Virus record (IMG/VR): IMGVR_UViG_2852885154_000004
Reading direction: 5' to 3' (one strand)
From: a virus
Length of the DNA: 64,000 bases
Shown: one piece after another, positions 29,594 through 38,628 of the stretch
How the letters are laid out: each line of letters starts with the position of its first letter
Position numbering within the stretch: the first letter of the stretch is position 1
The notes under the pieces: model-generated
What the model was told of the DNA's origin: nothing
The model's database searches: none
The model's input: only the letters and a program-made list of their open reading frames with translations
Position numbers and translations under genes: made by a program

Positions 29594-31030
29594 ATGCGAA
29601 TAGCGGCATATCTAAGAAAGTCAGTCAAAGGTGATGAGAATAGTATTTCTATAGATGCACAGCTTGAAATAATAAAGAATTACTTTAATAAAGAGAAATG
29701 TAAATATATAGTCTATACTGATGATGGTTTTAGTGGAGGCAGCACAAATAGACCTGCATTTCAAAAAATGATAGATGATGCTCATAATAATAAATTTGAT
29801 GCTGTTGCTTGTTATAAACTTGATAGAATGGCTAGAAACACTTTAGATTTTTTAAATACATTTGATGAATTACAAAAAATTGGAGTTGACCTTGTTTGTG
29901 TACAAGATAATTATGACCCAAGAACTCCGGCAGGAAAGATGATGATGACCTTGTTAGCTTCTTTAGCTGAAATGGAAAGAGAAAATATAAAAAGACGTGC
30001 TATTGATGGTATGTATAGTTTAGCTAAACAAGGTCGTTGGAGCGGAGGAACTCCGCCTTATGGTTGTGTTGCTTCTGAAGGAATTGGAGGTAAGTATTTG
30101 GAAATTGAGAAAAAAGAGGAAATTCTATATATTTTTAACCAATTTTCTATTGGTAACTCTATGTGGAAGATTTCTAAAGAAGTTGGAATAACACCTAGAA
30201 ATTTAGGAACTGTTTTGAGAAATCCTATTTATTTAATATCAGATGCAATTTCTAATAAATACTTGTCTACTATTGGATATAAAGTAATCGGAGAACCTAA
30301 TGGTAATGGCTATATGACTTATAAATACAACAAGTTTATAAAAGATAAAATGGTTAATTTGGCGGTGATAACACAAAATAAAGGAATAATCAACTCTACT
30401 CTTTGGATAAAGGTTAGAGAAAGGCTAAGGGCATTGGAACATGTACCGCCTAGAATATCTACTAAAAGTTGGCTAGCACATAAAATCATATGTAAACAAT
30501 GTAATAAAATAATGAGCATAAACTATGGAAGCATAAGAAAAGATGGAACTAGACCTATGTATTTTAGATGCAAGAAAAATTGTTTTTCAGGAATAAGAGT
30601 TGATGAAATAGAAGATAAAATTTTTTCTACTTTAAAAAACGGAAATCTTGAAAAGATACTAAATAAAAATGATGAAAATATTGAATTTAATATTGCTGAA
30701 AATATAGAAAAACAACTTAAGAAAAAGAAAAAGATGTATGATGGTTTTTTAGAAAAGTCTGCTCTTGCTTCAACTGCTGTTGCAAAATCTATGTTAGACA
30801 AAGCAGAACAACTCTCACTCGAAATTGAAGAACTAAATGTACAATACACTAAATATCAAATAGTTCTAAATAACAAAAGCAAAAAAAATGAAATGCTTAA
30901 AAACAAAGAACTGGCTAAAAATGAGTTTATAAAACATTTTAATAAAATAAACTTAGAGGATAAACAAAATTTGATAAATATAATTTTTGATAAATTAGTA
31001 TGGGATGGCGATAATCTCTTGATTTATTAG
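29594..31030 (+). CDS. Large serine recombinase (integrase)
   Basis: YLRKS, DDGFSG, YKLDRMAR, EMERENI, GGTPPYG, CxxC zinc ribbon. Confidence 0.95.
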   Translation: MRIAAYLRKSVKGDENSISIDAQLEIIKNYFNKEKCKYIVYTDDGFSGGSTNRPAFQKMIDDAHNNKFDAVACYKLDRMARNTLDFLNTFDELQKIGVDLVCVQDNYDPRTPAGKMMMTLLASLAEMERENIKRRAIDGMYSLAKQGRWSGGTPPYGCVASEGIGGKYLEIEKKEEILYIFNQFSIGNSMWKISKEVGITPRNLGTVLRNPIYLISDAISNKYLSTIGYKVIGEPNGNGYMTYKYNKFIKDKMVNLAVITQNKGIINSTLWIKVRERLRALEHVPPRISTKSWLAHKIICKQCNKIMSINYGSIRKDGTRPMYFRCKKNCFSGIRVDEIEDKIFSTLKNGNLEKILNKNDENIEFNIAENIEKQLKKKKKMYDGFLEKSALASTAVAKSMLDKAEQLSLEIEELNVQYTKYQIVLNNKSKKNEMLKNKELAKNEFIKHFNKINLEDKQNLINIIFDKLVWDGDNLLIY

Positions 31031-31053
31031 TTAGTGCAATTTAAAACTTTCTG
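31031..31053. other. att half-site (phage arm) of prophage A
   Basis: TGCAATTTAAAACTTTC-TG, inverted match to the right arm. Confidence 0.65.
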
Positions 31054-31138
31054 GATCTTCCAACGTCGTTATATTTAAAGCCTTGGAATCTATTTCTTTC
31101 AATATTGTGTAGATTGTAGTAGTTTTCCCAGAACCGGT
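31052..31138 (-). pseudogene. 87-bp internal fragment of a PilB/ComGA/GspE-type ATPase gene
   Basis: Translates to TGSGKTTTIYTILKEIDSKALNITTLEDP (Walker A to first Asp box). Confidence 0.85.
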
Positions 31139-31161
31139 TGCAACCTGTATAAAAGTGCAAC
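31139..31161. other. att half-site (phage arm) of element B
   Basis: TG-CAACCTGTATAAAAGTGCAAC; reverse complement contains TGCACTTTTATAC. Confidence 0.65.
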
Positions 31162-31426
31162 ATTTAAAAGTGTATTCGAGCTATTTACTGTTAATTATAG
31201 GGAATTTTTAGCTAATGCTATTTTTAATGACCTTGAAGATAATATAACAAACAGAATTCGTAAGCTTAGATATCTTAGCGGACTTTCCCAGATTGAATTC
31301 GGTAAAAAGATCAATAGAAAAGTAACCACTATTGGTCAATGGGAAAGAGGAATTTTTAATCCAAGTTTGCCATCAAAGAAGAAAATAATTAAAGCATTCA
31401 ATCTTCCTAAAAATTATCTTGATTAA
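31141..31426 (+). CDS. XRE-family HTH ORF lacking a canonical start codon
   Basis: ITNRIRKLRYLSGLSQIEFGKKINRKVTTIGQWERG; no ATG/GTG/TTG between in-frame TAA 31076 and the HTH. Confidence 0.7.
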
Positions 31427-31585
31427 ATTTCTTATATTATAATGTAGGAAAATTTATATTTAGACTTTTATGGTAATTTAATTAGAAAAATAAAACAAAA
31501 AGGAGTATATTAAGATAATTTTTAATTATCCTGATATGCTCCTTTTCATACATTCTATTTTAGCATTGTATAGATATTTCACTTA

Positions 31586-31987
31586 TCATTTTTGTTCATT
31601 AATTATTTTGTGAACAATACCAAGCGCAATATTCAATTCCTTAGCAATGCTCCTTATATTTGATCCTTGCTTTTTTAAATCCAATACTTTATTTCTTAAT
31701 TCATCCGATACAGGTTTTCTTCCAACAATTTTTGACTTCTTTACTATATGAACTTTACTTTTCTGTTTTTCGCGAAAATATAAATTCTTATACTTTTCAA
31801 GTTCGGATTTTAATAATTCCATATTATCTAATAGAATATCATATTCCTTGGAACTAATAACATTTGTATCAACTTTTATTTCTTCTATTTCGTTATATAG
31901 TCTAACATTATCTTTGGTTAGTAACTCTATTTTATCTTTATATAAACTAATTCGTTCTTGTAATTCTTCAATGGTCCAATTCTCCAT
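31586..31987 (-). CDS. Coiled-coil protein with resolvase-type C-terminal HTH
   Basis: GRKPVSDE...GSNIRSIAKELNIALGIVHKII. Confidence 0.65.
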   Translation of the reverse strand: MENWTIEELQERISLYKDKIELLTKDNVRLYNEIEEIKVDTNVISSKEYDILLDNMELLKSELEKYKNLYFREKQKSKVHIVKKSKIVGRKPVSDELRNKVLDLKKQGSNIRSIAKELNIALGIVHKIINEQK

Positions 31988-32334
31988 TAATATTCCCCCG
32001 TTCATAAATTAACTTATGATTATATTATGCTCTTTATTGTCTAAGTGTTTAATAATTCATTAATGAACACTTAATATTATGTGGAAGAGTAACAAAATAA
32101 GAAATACTATAACATTTTATTATTAATTTTAAGCGTATAAAAATATAAAGTTTTTCTAAATATGTAATTTTAGAAATTTTTAAATATACACTGAACACAA
32201 ATTTGCATACGTTCATAGTGTTAAATAATATTTAAACTATAAAAAATACCGCAAATTCATTTTTGAATACTACGGTATTTTTATATCCATTATTTTCATT
32301 AAATTTATTCTTTATTAGCACAATTTATTTTCCC

Positions 32335-33012
32335 TTAAAATTCTAAAGACTTTACAAAATCTTTACTTTGCAATATATTCAAGAATTTAATTATATTAAA
32401 TGATTCATATATTCTTATCACTATTTTCAAATCAATTAATAAGGATTTTTCATCTCTTTTGCTCTTTAAATTAATTATAGTTATCTCATTATCTTCAAAT
32501 ATTTCTTGAAGAAATTTAATAGCATCTGGCTCATCCACAATCTGCAACGCTAATGACTCTGTCCTTGGAGATGATAAAAATTTAATTTTACCATGCAAAA
32601 GTATTTGTCCCAATATAGTAATAGCAGTAGCTGCTATCCCAACAAAATAAAGTCCAGAACCTATAGCTAAACCTATAGCAGCTGTAGCCCAAACTCCTGC
32701 TGCCGTTGTTAATCCTACTATTGTTTGTTTTTGCATAAAAATTATCCCTGCACCAAGGAATCCAACTCCTGTGACAACCTGAGCTGCTATACGTGATGGA
32801 TCAAGAGACATATTGAGCCATCCTATCTGATCTTGAAATCCATATTTCGATATAATCATTATAAGTGCTGCCCCTATAGCTACAATAAAATGTGTTCTAA
32901 TTCCAGCCTCTTTCATTCGATTCTTTCTTTCATATCCAATAGCCATCCCACATATTGCAGCAATAAAGAGCCTTAATAAATAATCTAATTGCATTAAATA
33001 TAGTTCATTCAT
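32335..33012 (-). CDS. MgtC/SapB-family membrane protein
   Basis: IGYER, AGIRTH, DPSRIAAQVVTGVGFLGAG, GLTTAA. Confidence 0.92.
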   Translation of the reverse strand: MNELYLMQLDYLLRLFIAAICGMAIGYERKNRMKEAGIRTHFIVAIGAALIMIISKYGFQDQIGWLNMSLDPSRIAAQVVTGVGFLGAGIIFMQKQTIVGLTTAAGVWATAAIGLAIGSGLYFVGIAATAITILGQILLHGKIKFLSSPRTESLALQIVDEPDAIKFLQEIFEDNEITIINLKSKRDEKSLLIDLKIVIRIYESFNIIKFLNILQSKDFVKSLEF

Positions 33013-33261
33013 ATTTTATACTCCTTCTATCCTATTACCTCTGCTATATTAGGATATTATACCATATTTTGTATCTAACTACTATTTTATGGACCTCATT
33101 ATTCAATCTTCATATGATGCATATTAGAATTAATGTTCGTGTTGTACAAATTTTACGAATTTCAAAATACAAATCTAACGTTATAAATTCAAACTAAAAA
33201 ATCTCTCGTATTATCTAAATACAAGAGATTTACTAATTAACCAATACTTTCGCAATACGAA

Positions 33262-33489
33262 TTAATCGGTTTTCTTTTTATTAGGTTCGTATTTTAATAT
33301 ATCTGTAAGATCACATCCTACCACTTCACATATTTTATCAATATGATCTAAATTCACCCTATTATTTAATTCATGATAAAGTTCCGAAATAGTATTAGGC
33401 CTTATTTCAGTTTTTTTAGCCAAATAAGCTTGAGTCCATCTTTTTTCCCCTAATACTCTAGATAAACAAATTCTTATCATATGTGTCAT
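33262..33489 (-). CDS. Cro/C1-type HTH regulator
   Basis: LAKKTEIRPNTIS, DKICEVVGC.LTDIL. Confidence 0.8.
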   Translation of the reverse strand: MTHMIRICLSRVLGEKRWTQAYLAKKTEIRPNTISELYHELNNRVNLDHIDKICEVVGCDLTDILKYEPNKKKTD

Positions 33490-33677
33490 CTCCTATACCA
33501 GGAATTATAAATTTATTTACTATAAAAATTTCTATATACTTATCCCAATAACGAATACTGATATAAAATATCACATTACGTTATTGGGTGATTTCTAAGA
33601 AAACTCTAAATCTTCAATTTGATTTTAACATAATATATAATTTCTAATGATAATTTGTTATTAAATATCTTTTTACG

Positions 33678-33881
33678 TTAATTCATTATAAATCTTCTTA
33701 TTGAATTAAATATTTTTAACTTAAGTTCATCATCTTCCTTAGCTTCTTCAAATACTATTCCTAAATTATTCTTATTATATAGATCACTGTAATTTAGTTT
33801 TAAATATTTCTCCACAGCACTTACTAAATTTATATCTAATTCTTTATCTTTTATTACCATAGCTATCATTCCTTTTATCAC
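33678..33881 (-). CDS. Small hypothetical protein, possibly SOS-regulated
   Basis: ORF; LexA box upstream. Confidence 0.5.
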   Translation of the reverse strand: MIKGMIAMVIKDKELDINLVSAVEKYLKLNYSDLYNKNNLGIVFEEAKEDDELKLKIFNSIRRFIMN

Positions 33882-33996
33882 AACATTATTAGAAAAATAA
33901 ACTTTACCATATTTTAAATAGTATCCACTTACATCCTTCTACCATACTTAAGTTCAATATTTTCTCGATTCCTTTAATAAAATCCACGTCTTATGC

Positions 33997-34008
33997 AAAC
34001 ATACGTTC
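33997..34008. promoter_or_regulatory. LexA (SOS) box
   Basis: GAAC-GTAT-GTTT on minus strand. Confidence 0.55.
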
Positions 34009-34261
34009 TCATAAATATATTATATTTAACCTTCGTTATCTTGTAAAGAAAATTTTCCTCTTACTTTTTCCATATAATCATTTATTTTCTTTAAATTCAT
34101 ATGTTTTTATCCAGAAAATATATTATTACATAATGCAAATTATCGAAATGAAATGATAGAAACTTAATGATTTTCCCATAATTATATTTGTATTTATTTT
34201 ATAGAATATTAATATATGGATATAAAAAATCAGCAGACATAATGACTACTGATTTATAAAT

Positions 34262-35209
34262 TTAATTATCTTTTTTATTAGTTTTTTTAGGAGCTATGTC
34301 ATTAGCCTTATCAACTGGCTTAACATTGAATGTTATATTTGTTCCATCACTTGTTGCTATTACTGTTCCCTCTAAATCTGTTCTAAATACATTAATATTT
34401 TTAGCATTTAGTTTATCTAAAGTTTCTTCGTGTGGGTGTCCATAATCATTACCTTTTTCACAACTTATAACTGCATATTTAGGGTTTACTTTATCTAAAA
34501 ATGCTTGAGTTGTAGACGAATGACTTCCGTGATGCCCAACCTTTAGAACATCAGCCTGTATATCTAATTGTTTTTGTAGTATCTCCCCCTCACTTACATC
34601 TTCCGCATCTCCCATAAATATAAATGAATTATTACCGTATTTTAATTTGCAGACAATAGAATAATTATTTAAATCTTCATACTTAGCACTATTAGGAGCT
34701 AAAAATGTTAATGTTGCGTCTCCTACCGTAATTTGATCTCCTACTTTTGGTACATTCATTTTCAAGTTTTTGTTTTTTAAAGCATCTACCATATTCTCAA
34801 ATGTCTTAGTTGTTGTTGTTGCTTTAGGTGCATAAAAAGTTCCAACTTTTAAATTATTGATAACATCATCCATACTTCCAATATGGTCTTCATGTGGATG
34901 AGTAGCAATTGCATAATCTATTGTAGTGACTCCAATTGATTTAAGATAATCTAAAGCCTTCTTATCACTAGTTCCTGCGTCAATTAGAATGTTCTTTCCA
35001 TCAACTTGAATTAATTCTGAATCTCCCTGACCAACATCTATATAATGTATCTTTAAATCTCCTAAAGTTTTTTGAGTTTCTATTTTTGTTTCTGCAGTAG
35101 CTGCTGTATTATTAGTATTATTGACTTGTGAGCTCTTACCACATGATATTAGAAACAATGAAAATAATAAAGTTAGTAATAAGCTAATGATTTTTTTAGT
35201 TTTTGTCAT
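34262..35209 (-). CDS. ComEC/Rec2-type MBL-fold lipoprotein (probable nuclease)
   Basis: Lipobox LISC; DVGQGD, THPHEDHIG, GHHGS, YGHPH, RTD. Confidence 0.88.
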   Translation of the reverse strand: MTKTKKIISLLLTLLFSLFLISCGKSSQVNNTNNTAATAETKIETQKTLGDLKIHYIDVGQGDSELIQVDGKNILIDAGTSDKKALDYLKSIGVTTIDYAIATHPHEDHIGSMDDVINNLKVGTFYAPKATTTTKTFENMVDALKNKNLKMNVPKVGDQITVGDATLTFLAPNSAKYEDLNNYSIVCKLKYGNNSFIFMGDAEDVSEGEILQKQLDIQADVLKVGHHGSHSSTTQAFLDKVNPKYAVISCEKGNDYGHPHEETLDKLNAKNINVFRTDLEGTVIATSDGTNITFNVKPVDKANDIAPKKTNKKDN

Positions 35210-35371
35210 TTTAATCCCCCTTTGTCTACTATTATTGTATATTCTTTCTATATTGTGTCAATAATTATTTATTGAAGAAAGCATAATTGATTCCACCTAA
35301 TAAAAATAGAGGATAGTACTCAAAAACATTTAGTACTACCTCTATTTTTTTATATATTATCCTTTATTATA

Positions 35372-35821
35372 TTAATAACATTTTTCACAAGCTCTATCCC
35401 CTGCCTTTTGAGCATCAGCTAAAGACATAGTAGTATAATATTTCATACCATGTGCATTTGGACTTGAATGATATATACCATTCTTTGATACATATACTGT
35501 TTGACTTTGGTCGTTACTAGTATTAGTATTGCTTGCTGTACTTCCACTACTACTGCTGCTATCTGAAGGAGGAGTTGTCCACGCTCCATCTCCACGTAAA
35601 TAATAATCTCCAATATAACAATTTTTAGCCATGTAACCATTAGAATAGAAATAATACCAATTTCCATCTATGTATCTCCATCCAGTAGCCCATGAGTTTC
35701 CTTCAGTATACCACCATCCTGTAGAATTATTTTTCCATTCTGCATGTGCTGCTAATGGCGTTGCTGCTAATATTGTTATTAATGTAACAAAACTAGCTAT
35801 CAATCTCTTAAAGTTTTTCAT
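35372..35821 (-). CDS. Secreted cell-wall-binding repeat protein
   Basis: Signal peptide; WYYFYSNGYM repeats; C-terminal YH...ACEKC. Confidence 0.8.
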   Translation of the reverse strand: MKNFKRLIASFVTLITILAATPLAAHAEWKNNSTGWWYTEGNSWATGWRYIDGNWYYFYSNGYMAKNCYIGDYYLRGDGAWTTPPSDSSSSSGSTASNTNTSNDQSQTVYVSKNGIYHSSPNAHGMKYYTTMSLADAQKAGDRACEKCY

Positions 35822-35998
35822 TAAAACATCCCCCTTAAATTTTATCTTTTCATAACCTTATTTCTACATTTTCTCCAAAATTCCTTTAATATACATATTG
35901 ATAATATCAAGTAAATTATGGTGTTTTGTGAAAATTAATTAATATAAGTATTACTGATTGTAATATATCTACTATTTATAAAAGAATTATAAAGTAAG

Positions 35999-36262
35999 TT
36001 ATCTCTTATGTTTAAGAATTAAATCTGCACTAAATGTTCCAACTAATGATATACCCGTATAAACAAAACACCATATTAGAAAAGTTGTATTAAATAAAAC
36101 AAATGTAGCAATTAAATACCATATAAAAATAATGCTTAAAACAATTACTTTTTTCTTAATTAAAAGTTGTAAAATTAGAGATATAATAAATGTAAGTAGT
36201 GGAAAGATAATTAATATCATCCCAAATGGATTATCATTAATACTAAAATTAGACATAAACAT
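35999..36262 (-). CDS. Small 3-TM protein (DUF2651-like)
   Basis: Hydrophobic; FNTTFLIWCFVYT. Confidence 0.6.
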   Translation of the reverse strand: MFMSNFSINDNPFGMILIIFPLLTFIISLILQLLIKKKVIVLSIIFIWYLIATFVLFNTTFLIWCFVYTGISLVGTFSADLILKHKR

Positions 36263-36454
36263 TTCCCCCCTTTAATACAAGTAATATTAATAAAACAACT
36301 ACATATCTCTCTTCTTGACCTTATTAATAAATTTGAGTTATACTAATTATGCAAAATGGACTGGTGGCAGCTACGGCTGCCGCTTTTTTAATTATTTCAA
36401 AATATTTTTATACATAAAAATAAAGCTAGGAAATTAATCCTAGCATATAGAATA

Positions 36455-36868
36455 TTATTTAATTTTCATAAATGCATCTTCATATTTTTTAGCCTCATCT
36501 GGATTTAATTTTTTATCAAGTCTTAATAATGCTCCTGTATCATTTACGTAGTTATATTCAGCTACTAAAGGCATTTTCTTACCAATATTATCAATGTATT
36601 CTTTTCTATTAGTGGCGTCTTCCTTATTAGCAAATACCTCTATGCTACCATTGGTAAAAGTTACTTTAGATGTATATTGATTTGGTCTACCCAACAACTG
36701 ATTTTTATCATTTTCGGTAGTTGTGACTTCCATATTCTCAATAGTAACTCCAGCATCTTTTAGCTTATTTCCATATTCTTCAGCTGTATATTTCTTTGCT
36801 GAGCTCCCACAACCTACTATAGTAAATAGTAATAAGCTGCATAATAAAATACTAAGTATTTTTTTCAT
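36455..36868 (-). CDS. Lipoprotein (phage moron type)
   Basis: Lipobox IVGC; LLGRPNQYTSK. Confidence 0.75.
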   Translation of the reverse strand: MKKILSILLCSLLLFTIVGCGSSAKKYTAEEYGNKLKDAGVTIENMEVTTTENDKNQLLGRPNQYTSKVTFTNGSIEVFANKEDATNRKEYIDNIGKKMPLVAEYNYVNDTGALLRLDKKLNPDEAKKYEDAFMKIK

Positions 36869-37826
36869 TATTATTCCCCCTAAATGTTCTTCTAAATATA
36901 ATTGTATATTATTTGGTAACTTTGTCAAATATAATAAGATCTAAATTATTAGCTGTATTATAAAAGAAAGTCATATTAGGATAAATTTGGTAGTAATTTT
37001 ATTGTTAGTATGTATTAATTTCAGTGAATATTTTTTAATTATTTAGAAATAATATAAATGTCCAAATTTAAATATATAAAGAGATAGCAGTTCTCCGTTT
37101 CCCCTGCTATCTCTTTTTGTATTTTTTATTCTGAATTAAGTATCTTTTAACTGAACAGTTCTGCAAAATCAAATAGCAACAAACAAAAAACTTGCCTGCT
37201 GCTATTGACATATAGATATATTAAAATACTTACTTTCACATTTTACCATTATATTTCAATAAAGTAAATAGTGACAAAAAATGCGGTCGAATCAATGGCT
37301 GCATTTTTATATGTATGCTTTAGGGTTTATGGTATATAAGCATATTATCATGAAAATAAGTAACTATTACTCTATTTAATGTCACCATTCAACTTTTCCA
37401 GTATAGTCAGTTTTTTAATTTATCCTCATTAATAATACTACTGCTTTTTTGTTTTCTTATAATCAATGTATATAATCTTAATGTTATGCTAATAATATAA
37501 CTGCTCCAATCTATGGATTTAAACATAAAAAAGAGATAGCTTTACTGTCATGCACCTGATTCTTTCGCTATCTCTATTTTGGTGTAAAATAAAGGGTAGA
37601 CTAAGTATTTTTACTTAATCTACCCTTTATTGGTGTTTGTTGACAATAGAGTGGATATAATCATAATAACATACCATTATAGAATAATCTATATTAATTA
37701 AACCTTCTTCTATATTATGATATAAATGAAAATACAGCCAACTCAAAGGCTGCATTTCTTGTATGTACTTTTGTTTTTTTCAATGGATCTCTATCATTTT
37801 ATCATACTAATATAAAAAGTTCCATA

Positions 37827-37976
37827 TTATCTATCTATTAATTCATTCTTAATATACTCATTAATAGTCTCTTCTTCACCTTTAAATATTTCTGTTAAGT
37901 ATAATATTACTTCTTGTTCCCCTTCTGGAAGATCTCTTATTGTATCTTTGATTGTATCTATAGTTACATCTTTCAT
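37827..37976 (-). CDS. Small acidic protein (49 aa)
   Basis: AGGTGG RBS; MKDVTIDTIKDTIRDLPEGEQEVILYL. Confidence 0.55.
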   Translation of the reverse strand: MKDVTIDTIKDTIRDLPEGEQEVILYLTEIFKGEEETINEYIKNELIDR

Positions 37977-38197
37977 AATAAAATCACCACCTTGATGTTA
38001 TTATGAGATATTATATTACATAAATCCCAAATAATCCATAGTATAAATATTGGTAATTTACTAATACTATAATTGCTAATCTTTTATAGCTTGGCAGGTT
38101 GCCAAAAGACAGTAAATTAATTAATAGTTTGCTGTCTTTTGTTCCATATAATAAATTTTTTATCATATATATTACCCTTTTAATGATGATAAAACTA

Positions 38198-38401
38198 TTA
38201 TTCTATAATCAATATAGTTTCATCAGTATTAAAAATGATATCTTTCACAAATGCAAAAATAATTGTTTTTCTGTATTCACATGCAATTTCATTTATTAAA
38301 TTTATTTCTTCATCTGCTAATCTACTCTTATAAACCATTATAGTTTTATAATCACTTTCTATAATAGCCGTAATTATTTTTCTTACATATAAGTTATACA
38401 T
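38198..38401 (-). CDS. Small hypothetical protein
   Basis: AGGAG RBS. Confidence 0.55.
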   Translation of the reverse strand: MYNLYVRKIITAIIESDYKTIMVYKSRLADEEINLINEIACEYRKTIIFAFVKDIIFNTDETILIIE

Positions 38402-38628
38402 TTCTATATTTCTCCTTTTACCATCCTAATAGTTTATCAAATTTCATCCTATTTTATTACTAAAATTTTATTTGCTATGAGAAATATTAATTAATAACTA
38501 AAATGTAAGATTTCGCTATATAAAATTAATATACTTTGTTCTTTTTCTTAGAATTTCCAATATAATAATAGTGGTTGGGTATTCTTGGTCCGTATATGTA
38601 TATATACTTAAAAGGGGTTGTACTTTAT

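Larger units (their letters stand above)
1..31053 (-). mobile_element. Prophage A (myovirus-like, serine-integrase type); left end beyond window
   Basis: Complete ordered modules integrase-immunity-replication-packaging-head-tail; att-like junction right after the integrase stop. Confidence 0.93.

Noticed and set aside
36930..37830. CRISPR array or type I toxin-antitoxin loci in the hairpin-rich region
   Set aside because: No identical regularly spaced repeats, no cas genes, and no small hydrophobic toxin ORF found by eye.
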